Shown: one piece after another, positions 16,792-25,905 of the stretch | How positions within the stretch are numbered: the stretch's first letter is position 1 | How the letters are laid out: each line of letters begins with the position of its first letter | Origin: a virus | Taxonomy: Duplodnaviria; Caudoviricetes | Direction: 5' to 3' (one strand) | Virus record (IMG/VR): IMGVR_UViG_3300032257_000019 | Coordinates: 1-50,316 of that record | DNA length: 50,316 nucleotides | Made by a program: the position numbers and the translations under genes | The notes under the pieces: generated by a model | Told to the model about the DNA's origin: nothing | Databases searched by the model: none | What the model saw: only the letters and a program-made list of their open reading frames with translations

Positions 16792-18461
16792 TGAGTAGAA
16801 TCATAGGGGATACTGCTTGTCCTGGGTGCAGGGAGCAAGGTAGAGATAAGAATGGGGATCACCTCATGCTATATGAGGATGGAGGGTCCTATTGCAATAG
16901 GTGTGGGTTTACGGAGAGACCTGGGGCCCATGGGAGAGGGCCGGAGGATGAGGGAGTATCCTCTCCCCCTAAAAGAATATTAAAGAGGAGTGTTATGGAA
17001 CTTAACGAGATCCAAGAACTACCAATAGCTGCTCTTAAGTCAAGAGGTATCAGCGAGAAGGTAGCTAAACATTATGGGATACATACTGAATATGATACCT
17101 CAACCAGGGAAGAGGTTGCCCATTACTACCCTATAACTAAGAGCGGTAAGATCATAGCTTATCGTAAGAGGAGACTACCTAAGGAATTCTGTACAGAAGG
17201 AGAGAGTATTAAAGGGCAGAAGGTTGATATGTTTGGCCAAGCTCAGTGCCAAGTAGGAGGAGGTAAACTAGTTATTGTCGAGGGACAAGATGATATGCTA
17301 GCTGCTTGCCAGATGTTATGGGAGAGATATCCTAAGTTTACTCCTAATGTCGTATCCTTGGTCACAGGGGCCAATACTAAAAGTGTAGCGGATAATCTAA
17401 GCTTTATAAATTCATATAAAGAAGTTATATTGTGCTTGGATATGGATGATGCAGGTAAAAAGGCTACTAATGATATATACAAGATGATTACTTCTAAAGT
17501 ACTTCTCATGTCTATACCTGAGAAAGATCCTAATGAAGTACTTAAGAAAGGAAAGAGTGCTGCATTTGTATCTGCATTCTTTAATGCTGTACCTTATGTT
17601 CCAGATGGTATCTTGTCTGTAGATGATGTATATGATGAAGCTATTGAGATGCCTCAATGGGGTCGTAAGTGGCCATGGCCTAGCCTTGATGCATTAACCT
17701 ATGGTAGAAGAGATGGAGAAGGTATCTTTGTAGGAGCTGCAGCTAAGGCAGGTAAGACTTTATGGTTATCTCAGATGGTTCAATCTATCGTAGAGAATGA
17801 AGGTAAGAAGGTATTTCTATGTAAGTTTGAACAAAATCCTGCACAGACTGTCAAAGAAGTAGCAGGTAAGATAGCTCATAAACAGTTCCATATACCTGGA
17901 GGGGACTTTACACAAGAGGATTTAGCTGAAGCTGTAGAAAAGACAAAGGGTAAATTACTTATATTTGATGCATCATTTACAGATGTAGGTCAAAGCAATT
18001 TATGGGATAGGCTCAAACCAGCTATAAGGCATGCTGTATTGGTTGAAGGTGTTAAGGATGTATTCATTGATCCTATTACTCAATTGACAGATGGTATGTC
18101 AGCTAGTGATACTGAAACAGAACTTAGAAGGTTCTCTAATGAGATCCAAGGGATGTCTAAGGATCTAGGTTTCTTCTACTATTGCTTCTGTCATTTAAAG
18201 GCACCTGAGGGATCTAAGACACATGAAGAGGGCGCTAAGGTTAAGGTAGCTCAGTTCAGGGGGTCTAGGGCTATGGCTGAGAAGACTAAGTTTATGTTAG
18301 GTATTGAGAGGGATCAGTATGCTTCTGATCCTGCCATAAGGAATACAAGTAAGTTTCATCTACTCCTTAACAGTAGTTTTGGTAAGTCAGGGTCCTTTGA
18401 AGTTAAGTTTGATGAAGATACTGGTGATTATTTGGAAGAACCTAGAAGAGTGGGGTATTGA
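16791..18461 (+). CDS. DNA primase-helicase (T7 gp4-like)
   Basis: Zinc finger CPGC...CNRC, TOPRIM motifs VEGQDD and DMDDAG, helicase Walker A GAAAKAGKT, FIDP, HLK and FRGS. Confidence 0.95.
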   Translation: MSRIIGDTACPGCREQGRDKNGDHLMLYEDGGSYCNRCGFTERPGAHGRGPEDEGVSSPPKRILKRSVMELNEIQELPIAALKSRGISEKVAKHYGIHTEYDTSTREEVAHYYPITKSGKIIAYRKRRLPKEFCTEGESIKGQKVDMFGQAQCQVGGGKLVIVEGQDDMLAACQMLWERYPKFTPNVVSLVTGANTKSVADNLSFINSYKEVILCLDMDDAGKKATNDIYKMITSKVLLMSIPEKDPNEVLKKGKSAAFVSAFFNAVPYVPDGILSVDDVYDEAIEMPQWGRKWPWPSLDALTYGRRDGEGIFVGAAAKAGKTLWLSQMVQSIVENEGKKVFLCKFEQNPAQTVKEVAGKIAHKQFHIPGGDFTQEDLAEAVEKTKGKLLIFDASFTDVGQSNLWDRLKPAIRHAVLVEGVKDVFIDPITQLTDGMSASDTETELRRFSNEIQGMSKDLGFFYYCFCHLKAPEGSKTHEEGAKVKVAQFRGSRAMAEKTKFMLGIERDQYASDPAIRNTSKFHLLLNSSFGKSGSFEVKFDEDTGDYLEEPRRVGY

Positions 18462-18462
18462 T

Positions 18463-18663
18463 ATGGATGAGATCTTTGTTAAAAAAGGGGATATGGTTAA
18501 GTGTTACTTTCCCAGTGGTAAGGTTGTATTTGGTAAGGTGTTGAGTCTCCCTAGTAATGCCCATGGCCCTACTGTTCTTCAAACCTACTATGAGGGGAAA
18601 GAGGATCTTATATGCTATGTCTTTAATTGTGAACATATGTATATAATATCTAGAGGGGACTAA
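18463..18663 (+). CDS. Hypothetical SH3-like small protein
   Basis: MDEIFVKKGDMVKC... fills the gap between helicase and polymerase. Confidence 0.6.
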   Translation: MDEIFVKKGDMVKCYFPSGKVVFGKVLSLPSNAHGPTVLQTYYEGKEDLICYVFNCEHMYIISRGD

Positions 18664-18664
18664 T

Positions 18665-20572
18665 ATGCTAATCTGTGACTGTGAGAGTACTGGGTTTAAA
18701 TATGAAAGTACTAAGATATGGGTTATCTGTGCTTATGATACTGAGACTAGACGCTACTATATGTCCTTCGATGAAAGTGTGTACGATGAGTTTGAGATAT
18801 ATCAACTAATCCTGGGGGAAGAAATTACTTGTAATATCCTACAAAGTCATGAGCAGATGGTTGAGTTATTCAGTAGTAAGACAGTATGCTTCCATAACTA
18901 CTTTCAACATGATAAACCTTTAATTAAGAAGTTTTATCCAGAGTTCTCCCCCGCTGGTGAAGAGGATAGTTACATATTATCTCAGCTATATAATCCAGAT
19001 AGGGGATTACATGGTCTAGCTGCATGGGGAGAGAGATTTGGACTGCCCAAACCTGCACATGAGGAATGGGATAGGTTCTCTCCAGAGATGTTACATAGAG
19101 TTATCGAGGATGTTAAGATAAATGTATTAACCTGGGAGGAACTTCAGAAGGAGAAGGGATACTGGGAGAAGAAAGGTAATAGCTGGGATCTTGCTACTAA
19201 GATTGAATATGGAATAGCTAATGTCCAAGGTGAGCAGGAGATGCATGGTGTTCTGGTTGATGAAGAGGAAGCATACTCTTTAGCAGATGAGATATTCTTA
19301 GAGATACAGAAGTTAGATGAGTACTTGGATAGTGAGATGCCCTTGAGGGTTATCCAGGAGAAGAGAGCTACATATGAGGATGAACCATTCACTAAAGCTG
19401 GTAAGTTAAAATCTCATGTATTAAAGTGGTTTGATGGAGATGAATTAGTAGAGGGTCCCTTTAGTAGGGTATCTTTTGAGAAGACTAACCTTAATGCTCC
19501 TTCTCAGATTAAGGACTTCTTATTGTCTCAAGGATGGAAACCAATTGAATGGACTAAACCTACTAATCTACACCCTAATGGTAGTCCTAAGATGACTATT
19601 AAGAATAGTTATGGGGAGACAGTCCCTTGTCCTTCCTTAATGGAACTTAATAGTGGCTTAGGTCTAGCTATCGGTAAGAGATCTGTATTAAAACATAGAG
19701 CTGGTATACTATTTGGAGTAAGGAAGAAGGATAGTAAGCTCACTGGTGTTATTAATATCATGCGGGATGACGGTAGGATTGAAGCAGGAGCTGTAACTAA
19801 TGCTACTAATACTGGTCGTATGGCACATAGAGGGTTAGTTAATGTACCTAAACCTAAGGATAAGGACCTATGGCCAAGTAATAGGCAGATAAGATCTCTC
19901 TTTATTGTACCAGATGATAAGATAATGATGGGTGTTGATGCAGATGGATTAGAAGCTAGGATGGAAGCTCATGCTTGTCTACCATATACAGGGGGACAGG
20001 CTTATGCTTATGAACTATTGGAAGGGGATGTGCATGCTAACAATGCTATCATATTTGGTACAGATAGAGATGGAGCTAAGGCCCCTAAGTATGCTTTAAC
20101 CTATGGCTGTCAAGCTGAGAGATTAGCACATACATTAGGGTGCCCTATAGGTAAAGCCAGAGAGTTATTCAATGACTTCTGGAGCGGTAATACAGCCTTA
20201 TCTGAATTTAAGGAAGCTATAACTAAGTTCTGGAAAGATACAGGAGGTAAGTATATCATAGGTATAGATGGAAGACGTATCAGTACTAGGTCTGAGCATT
20301 CATTGGTTAATGCATATTTCCAGAGTACAGGTAGTATTGTGGTTAAGGTAGCAGCAATGTACCTTAATAAATGGGTTAAGCTTAAATGTCTTGACGCTCA
20401 ACAAATTATTATATACCATGATGAGCTTGAGTATGAAGTAAATCCGAGGGACCAGGATAGGGTGAATTATCTTGCTATAAAGGCATTTGAAGAGGCGGGT
20501 AAGTTCCTCAAGATAAGAGTACCAGTAACAGGTTCTCCTAAATGGGGTAGAAACTGGGAGGCTGTTCACTAA
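18665..20572 (+). CDS. polA: DNA polymerase family A (T7-like) with a 3'-5' exonuclease domain
   Basis: ExoI DCES, ExoII HN...HD, TGRMAH, motif A DADGLE, motif B RDGAKAPKYALTYG, motif C HDE. Confidence 0.95.
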   Translation: MLICDCESTGFKYESTKIWVICAYDTETRRYYMSFDESVYDEFEIYQLILGEEITCNILQSHEQMVELFSSKTVCFHNYFQHDKPLIKKFYPEFSPAGEEDSYILSQLYNPDRGLHGLAAWGERFGLPKPAHEEWDRFSPEMLHRVIEDVKINVLTWEELQKEKGYWEKKGNSWDLATKIEYGIANVQGEQEMHGVLVDEEEAYSLADEIFLEIQKLDEYLDSEMPLRVIQEKRATYEDEPFTKAGKLKSHVLKWFDGDELVEGPFSRVSFEKTNLNAPSQIKDFLLSQGWKPIEWTKPTNLHPNGSPKMTIKNSYGETVPCPSLMELNSGLGLAIGKRSVLKHRAGILFGVRKKDSKLTGVINIMRDDGRIEAGAVTNATNTGRMAHRGLVNVPKPKDKDLWPSNRQIRSLFIVPDDKIMMGVDADGLEARMEAHACLPYTGGQAYAYELLEGDVHANNAIIFGTDRDGAKAPKYALTYGCQAERLAHTLGCPIGKARELFNDFWSGNTALSEFKEAITKFWKDTGGKYIIGIDGRRISTRSEHSLVNAYFQSTGSIVVKVAAMYLNKWVKLKCLDAQQIIIYHDELEYEVNPRDQDRVNYLAIKAFEEAGKFLKIRVPVTGSPKWGRNWEAVH

Positions 20573-20760
20573 TGGACAACATAGCAATATACATATTCAT
20601 AGATGGGGCCCAGTACGGGCTAAGACACTGGAAGGTGGTGCCAAGGGTTAATGATACAATCTTTTTAGAGGGACCTAAGGAGGGGGAGTACAAGGTAGAT
20701 CGTGTAGCTTGGTGTGGGACTCATACCCCCCATGCAATATTGGAGGTTATAAAAGTATGA
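20572..20760 (+). CDS. Hypothetical protein with a PRVND motif
   Basis: Translationally coupled to the polymerase; resembles 9446-9649. Confidence 0.65.
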   Translation: MDNIAIYIFIDGAQYGLRHWKVVPRVNDTIFLEGPKEGEYKVDRVAWCGTHTPHAILEVIKV

Positions 20761-20769
20761 AATTAAATT

Positions 20770-20797
20770 GAACTTTAATATAGACGTTGGTGTCTAA
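20770..20797 (+). promoter_or_regulatory. sigmaE/ECF-type promoter P4, GAACTT-N16-GTCTAA, upstream of the SSB-like gene
   Basis: TGAAATTAAATT-GAACTT-TAATATAGACGTTGGT-GTCTAA; the 19 nt TGAAATTAAATTGAACTTT are identical to P1. Confidence 0.75.
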
Positions 20798-20829
20798 CAC
20801 ATGTAGGTAATTAATAAGGAGTAGTTGTA

Positions 20830-21519
20830 ATGGCATTAGTAAGAAAGAAAGCGACAGAAGTAGTAAAGGGTAGTTCAGATAGAGCTGATATTGACTGGGG
20901 TAACCTTAAACCAGGTGATTATGAGGGTCGATTAGTGTATGTAGCAGACTTAGGCTTACAAGCTAAGACTTACAACAATGAGTTCCAAGGTAACTTTCAG
21001 CAGATAGCTTTAGGTATTGAATTGGTTGGTCAAACAGTTACTGTAGAAAAGGAGGGGGAAGAGGATGTAATATTACCTCGTATCCTTTGGGCAAAACCTT
21101 TTAATATCTTCAGTGATATGGATGAAAAGAGTAATGAATTTAAATACTACTCTATGTTTGATTCTAATGCTGAAGGGGGAGTAGAACCAGATTGGGAAGC
21201 TCAATTGAATAAGCCTATTATGGTTACTGTTGAGAATAATCCTGGTAAAGGAGCTAATAAGGACAAGCTCTTCGATAATATTAAATCTTTAGCTAAGATC
21301 CCTGAGAAGTATCAAGCAGATGTAGGGGAAGCTCTTACTACTCCTGGGGTTGGGGATAGTGATGACCCTAAGAATGCAGTTACTAAAGCTCTATTTGGTT
21401 TAGCTAAGTATGTATTTGATAAGCGTATAAAAGATGAAGCTCCTGAAGAAGCTCCTCAAGAAGAAGCTAAAGGTGCTCCAATGCCTGAAACAGAAGAAGC
21501 AGAAGGGAATCCTTTCTAA
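20830..21519 (+). CDS. Putative single-stranded DNA-binding protein
   Basis: beta-rich core (PGDYEGRLVYVADLG), acidic tail ending NPF, and position between polymerase and exonuclease. Confidence 0.7.
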   Translation: MALVRKKATEVVKGSSDRADIDWGNLKPGDYEGRLVYVADLGLQAKTYNNEFQGNFQQIALGIELVGQTVTVEKEGEEDVILPRILWAKPFNIFSDMDEKSNEFKYYSMFDSNAEGGVEPDWEAQLNKPIMVTVENNPGKGANKDKLFDNIKSLAKIPEKYQADVGEALTTPGVGDSDDPKNAVTKALFGLAKYVFDKRIKDEAPEEAPQEEAKGAPMPETEEAEGNPF

Positions 21520-22009
21520 TGGATAGTATAAAAGAAAAGGTATGGGAGATGGGGGAGAGTATCCTCCCTGATCTTATCCACTACACTCTAGAAGTTGGTT
21601 ATGTTGGTGCTTTAGGGGAAGAGCAGGAGTTAGGGTATATTATCCTTAACAATAAGACTAATGTAGTTGAAGCAATGCACTCTGTATTCCCTGAGGCTGT
21701 AGGTATGGCCATCCAGTTGGATGCATATTATGAGTCATTTGTTACTGAGAAGTCAGGTATTGTTACTCCAGATAAAGGGTTAGCATTACCTGGCCATTTG
21801 AAACACTAATGGAACTACGTAAAACTAAACACAATGCGAGTTGTAGAGGATGCGATAGAAATATCGCTCCTAATACAGAGGATATTATTTATATGTATTC
21901 TATGAGAAATAGAGGACAAAATATATTCTTATGCGCTGAGTGTATTAAAGATGCTCATGATATGATGTTTAAAGGGGAAGGTAATGCAATTAAAGCGGAA
22001 GAGCAGTAG
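21519..22009 (+). other. Two hypothetical ORFs (21519-21809; 21809-22009 with a CRGC...CAEC zinc finger)
   Basis: TAATG-coupled ORFs. Confidence 0.7.
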
Positions 22010-23021
22010 TACTCCCCCTAGCGGGGACCGGACTCCTCAGATAATGGATCGTATCCCCATTGTAGATGCTGATCTATTTATCTATTCATGTGGAATGGCT
22101 GGACAATATACTATAAAACATTTCTACCCTATATCTGAAAAGGACTATAGTAAACCTCGTAAGGGGCCTATAGCTTCATTTAGATATGTTAATGGTGATG
22201 CAGGGTATAAGACTTGGTTAGCCAGAGAAGAATATACTTTAGATGAGGATGTATTCTTCCTTGAAGAAGAGGTACTTGACCCTATAGTTAATATCCTTCA
22301 CAGTGTTAAGATGGGATTACAAAAGGTTCAGGATCAATTTGGTAATAAACCAGTACTCTATATTACAGGGAAGGATAACTTCAGAGAAGGAGTAGCTAAA
22401 GAGATACCATATAAAGGTAATAGGGCTAGTCCTGAACAGAGAGCTACCTGGAGAGAAGAAGGTAAGTGGATTGAGTGGTTAGACAAGACTGAAGCTAAGT
22501 ATAAACAGTCTCCTAGACCTAAACATAAACAAGCTATTATTGATTACATGGTTAAGCATTGGGATGCTACCGTAATAGATGGAATGGAAGCAGATGATGC
22601 TTGTTGCATACACCAGTGGAAGGATTGGGACTCTCACCAATACATTAATAAGGAACAGGATTCTAAGACATGTATAGTTCATGTAGATAAGGATCTAAAT
22701 ATGCTCCCTGGCTGGCATTTTAACCCTCATAAAGGTGAGCCTCCCTATTATGTAGATGAGTTGATGGGGTGGAAATTCTTTTATAAGCAAGTATTGACTG
22801 GGGATAGTAATGATAATATCCCAGGTTTATTTAAAGTAGGGCCAGCCAAGGCTAATAAACTTATAGATCCTTGTAATACTCTTAGTGAGATGTATGGTGT
22901 TGTATTTGATACTTATAAAGCTCATCCAGACTTTGAAGGAAAGGATGATGATTATATAGCTGAAATGATAGAGAATAGAGGGGAACTTTTGTGGATGTTA
23001 AGGGAGGACAGAGATGGGTGA
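21984..23021 (+). CDS. 5'-3' exonuclease (T7 gp6/FEN-like)
   Basis: VDAD, NFR...YKGNR, EADD, DKDL, GDSNDNIPG. Confidence 0.92.
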   Translation: MQLKRKSSSTPPSGDRTPQIMDRIPIVDADLFIYSCGMAGQYTIKHFYPISEKDYSKPRKGPIASFRYVNGDAGYKTWLAREEYTLDEDVFFLEEEVLDPIVNILHSVKMGLQKVQDQFGNKPVLYITGKDNFREGVAKEIPYKGNRASPEQRATWREEGKWIEWLDKTEAKYKQSPRPKHKQAIIDYMVKHWDATVIDGMEADDACCIHQWKDWDSHQYINKEQDSKTCIVHVDKDLNMLPGWHFNPHKGEPPYYVDELMGWKFFYKQVLTGDSNDNIPGLFKVGPAKANKLIDPCNTLSEMYGVVFDTYKAHPDFEGKDDDYIAEMIENRGELLWMLREDRDG

Positions 23022-23402
23022 GTTAACACTGTATATATTTGTTGACCAGCATACTGGGGTTATGATTGAGGTAGAGGCCATGACTGAAGCACAAGCTTAT
23101 GAGAAGATTCTAAGGATAGTTGATAGCTCTGGTCTTATATTTCCACAGGAGGCTAAGTGGTTATTTGTGGAGGACTTTACCCCAGATGAAAGAGGTATGA
23201 TGTGATGATACTATACGGGGTTAACAGAGTAACAAGGGAATTAACTGTATCGCTTAATAGTGCGTATACCCAAGCGGTTCCTCTTAATCATGAGGACGGT
23301 ATGGTAGGGGCTATATTTGTATTCGACAACCAGGAGGATGCAGAGAAGTTTTGTCCTGATGGTTCATTTACATTGGAGATAGAAGATGGCGAATTACCCT
23401 AA
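23014..23402 (+). other. Two small acidic hypothetical ORFs (23014-23205, 23202-23402)
   Basis: Overlapping ORFs with RBSs. Confidence 0.65.
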
Positions 23403-23829
23403 GAGAGCTACAGGAGCAGATGGTACAGAGTTTAGATCTGGGTTTGAAAGTAAGGTAGCAGATGAGTTGCTTAAGCATTCAGTTGACTTTTCCTTTGAGG
23501 AGCATCAGTTACAGTTTAAGAAGAAGGTTATAAAATCATCTTGTGATAATTGTGGATCTAAGGAGGTATATCAACATAGGACATATACTCCAGACTTCTA
23601 CTTACCTGAGTTAGGCTTCTTCATTGAAACTAAAGGTAGATTTGTGTCTAAGGATAGAACTAAAATGTTAGCTGTTATTAAGTGTAACCCTGATCTAGAT
23701 ATTAGGATGTACTTTCAACAAGATAACAAGTTAACTAAGGGCAAGGATGATAAGTATTCAGATTGGTGTATTAAACATGGGGTAACCTATTGTATAGGGA
23801 GTATCCCTGAGGAGTGGTTGAATGGCTAA
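23386..23829 (+). CDS. Endonuclease I / Holliday junction resolvase (T7 gp3-like)
   Basis: FRSGFE, YTPDF, IETKGRF, PDLDIR, YSDWC. Confidence 0.92.
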   Translation: MANYPKRATGADGTEFRSGFESKVADELLKHSVDFSFEEHQLQFKKKVIKSSCDNCGSKEVYQHRTYTPDFYLPELGFFIETKGRFVSKDRTKMLAVIKCNPDLDIRMYFQQDNKLTKGKDDKYSDWCIKHGVTYCIGSIPEEWLNG

Positions 23830-24302
23830 TAGCAGTAGTATCTCTTTTGATGGACCTAGTTTTATAAGCGCAGTTACCCCTGGTATTAATCAGATAGTAG
23901 CCTCTAAACTTCATGGTATACTTGATGAAGCTATGAGTGAAGTAAGGAAACAATTAGATGCAGAGTTTGCTAAGGCTATCGAGGTGAGTGTTCAGAGGGT
24001 GTTTGATCACCAATGGGGCGATAAGCAGGTACGGGTAATCGTAGACATTAAACAGGATAAGGAGAGTGATAATGTATAAAATAGCACAACAAGCTGTAGA
24101 GATGTTAGATCCAGACCTAGCTATAGAGGTTATTGATAAGCTACTTCGTATTCATAATAATAATGAAGCAAGGTATGATAGTCTTAGTGAAGATGATCTT
24201 GAAGAAGATAATCTAGGGGCCTTGATGATCTGGGCCGATACAGAGGAAGGGTGGGACTACTGGGATAAGATCTATTTGGGTATAAAGGGGGTGGAGTTAT
24301 GA
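23822..24302 (+). other. Two hypothetical ORFs (23822-24079; 24072-24302 with a WADTEEGWDYW motif)
   Basis: Overlapping ORFs with RBSs. Confidence 0.65.
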
Positions 24303-24994
24303 AGAATACCCTATTTATCGCTGATATGCATATGCCTTTCCATCATCCAGATGCATTCGACTTCCTTCAAGCAGTTTATGAAGAGTACGATTGTGAGCAA
24401 GCTATGTCAGTAGGGGACTTAACTGATAATCATAATGCTTCTTTTCATGAGATAGAGTATGGTACATTGTCTCCAGAAGATGAGTATCATCAGGCAAGGC
24501 TTGGAGTACAAAAGTTAGAACGTATGTTTGGTCCGATAAATGTAGCTCTTGGTAATCATTGTATTATGGGAGAACGTAAGGCTAAACAAGCTGGTATTCC
24601 TTTAGATTATCTTAAGAGTTATAATGATCTATATGGGGTAGACTTTGAGTGGGCAGATAACTTCTGGTTTCCAGTTAGAGATGAGGATGATATGTGCCTT
24701 ATGATCCATACTGCTTCAGCTTCTTTACTTAATGTAGCTAAAACACATAGCCATAATGTAGTACAAGGTCATCATCATAGTGTATTTGGTGTTGAGTGGT
24801 TTGCAGATAAGAAGCAGATTAGTTGGGCTATGTCAGTAGGTTGTTTGATAGATCCTAAACACCCTGCCTTTAACTATGCAAAAGGAGCTACAAGTAAGAG
24901 ACCGATACTTGGATCAGGTGTAGTTCTAGATGATGTACCTATTGCAGTACCAATGATATTGAATAAACAGGGTAGATGGGTAGGGAGGTTGTGA
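24299..24994 (+). CDS. Calcineurin-like metallophosphoesterase
   Basis: DMH, GDLTD, GNH, H and GHHH motifs. Confidence 0.88.
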   Translation: MKNTLFIADMHMPFHHPDAFDFLQAVYEEYDCEQAMSVGDLTDNHNASFHEIEYGTLSPEDEYHQARLGVQKLERMFGPINVALGNHCIMGERKAKQAGIPLDYLKSYNDLYGVDFEWADNFWFPVRDEDDMCLMIHTASASLLNVAKTHSHNVVQGHHHSVFGVEWFADKKQISWAMSVGCLIDPKHPAFNYAKGATSKRPILGSGVVLDDVPIAVPMILNKQGRWVGRL

Positions 24995-25341
24995 TGAATA
25001 AACAAAGTAAGTTAGCTTCCCTAGTAACGGATCTAGATATACTAGGGCAAAACATTGAGGTCTCTTATCTAGAAGAGGTTCTCATGGATGGCGAGGAGTG
25101 CTATGGTTTAGCTAGGTTTGATACACAGGAGATATTAATACAAGATATTCCTACTATGACCTACGAAAGTAAACTGAAACATTTAACTCATGAAATCTTT
25201 GAGCATATCAACGATAAGATGGAGATGGACTTGACTCACCCACAGATTACCCAGTTAGAAATGGCTGTGTTCTATGTGCTGAGGCATAATCCTAACCTAT
25301 GTAAGGCATTTACATTGTATCGTGGTAAGAAGGAGAGTTAA
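24994..25341 (+). CDS. Small zincin-like (HE-motif) protein
   Basis: CYG...EILI...LTHEIFEH; start moved to ATG 24994 after GGAGG. Confidence 0.55.
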   Translation: MNKQSKLASLVTDLDILGQNIEVSYLEEVLMDGEECYGLARFDTQEILIQDIPTMTYESKLKHLTHEIFEHINDKMEMDLTHPQITQLEMAVFYVLRHNPNLCKAFTLYRGKKES

Positions 25342-25342
25342 T

Positions 25343-25813
25343 ATGTTTTGCCAATGTGAAGAGAAGAAGCCAATGAAGACTACTATAGTTACGACTGAAT
25401 CTATCACAAGTAACAGTAGCGTGAAGGAGCCTGAGGACCCATGGGAAAAAGCAGTGGTTAGAACTTGGGATGATGATCTTGTAGGGGAAGACCTACATAA
25501 ACCAGGGGCTAAAGATGATGGACAAAAAGTTGATCTTACCTTCCTATCCCAATTTGGAAGTTCCCTTACAGAAGTATCAAAGTTGGCTGATTTCGGTGCT
25601 AAGAAGTATAGTCGTGGAGGATGGATGCATGTACTCGATGCAGAAAGACGGTACACTGCAGCCATGTTACGTCACTACTTTGCAGAGGAGAATGGGGAAG
25701 TCGATGATGAGACAGGTTTACTTCATGCAACAGCAGTAGCTTGGAATGCTTTAGCTAGACTTAAGTTTATACTGGAGAGACGGGGTGGTGAAGTTCAAAA
25801 AGGTTCCTCATAG
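25343..25813 (+). CDS. dATP/dGTP diphosphohydrolase domain protein (DUF5664-like)
   Basis: GAKDDGQK, FGAKKY...W, RY-x-AA-x-x-RH, DDETGLLH, WNAL. Confidence 0.85.
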   Translation: MFCQCEEKKPMKTTIVTTESITSNSSVKEPEDPWEKAVVRTWDDDLVGEDLHKPGAKDDGQKVDLTFLSQFGSSLTEVSKLADFGAKKYSRGGWMHVLDAERRYTAAMLRHYFAEENGEVDDETGLLHATAVAWNALARLKFILERRGGEVQKGSS

Positions 25814-25905
25814 ACCAGTGAGGATTAAGCAGTTCCCATGGCAAATGTGTAGTATCTGTGGTTTGTTATACTTACGGAATGATATAACAGCTAAAGCTAT
25901 TAAAC

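Noticed and set aside
25343-25813. 2-aminoadenine (Z) genome system
   Set aside because: A DUF5664-like hydrolase is present, but no PurZ or HD-domain dATPase is recognisable.
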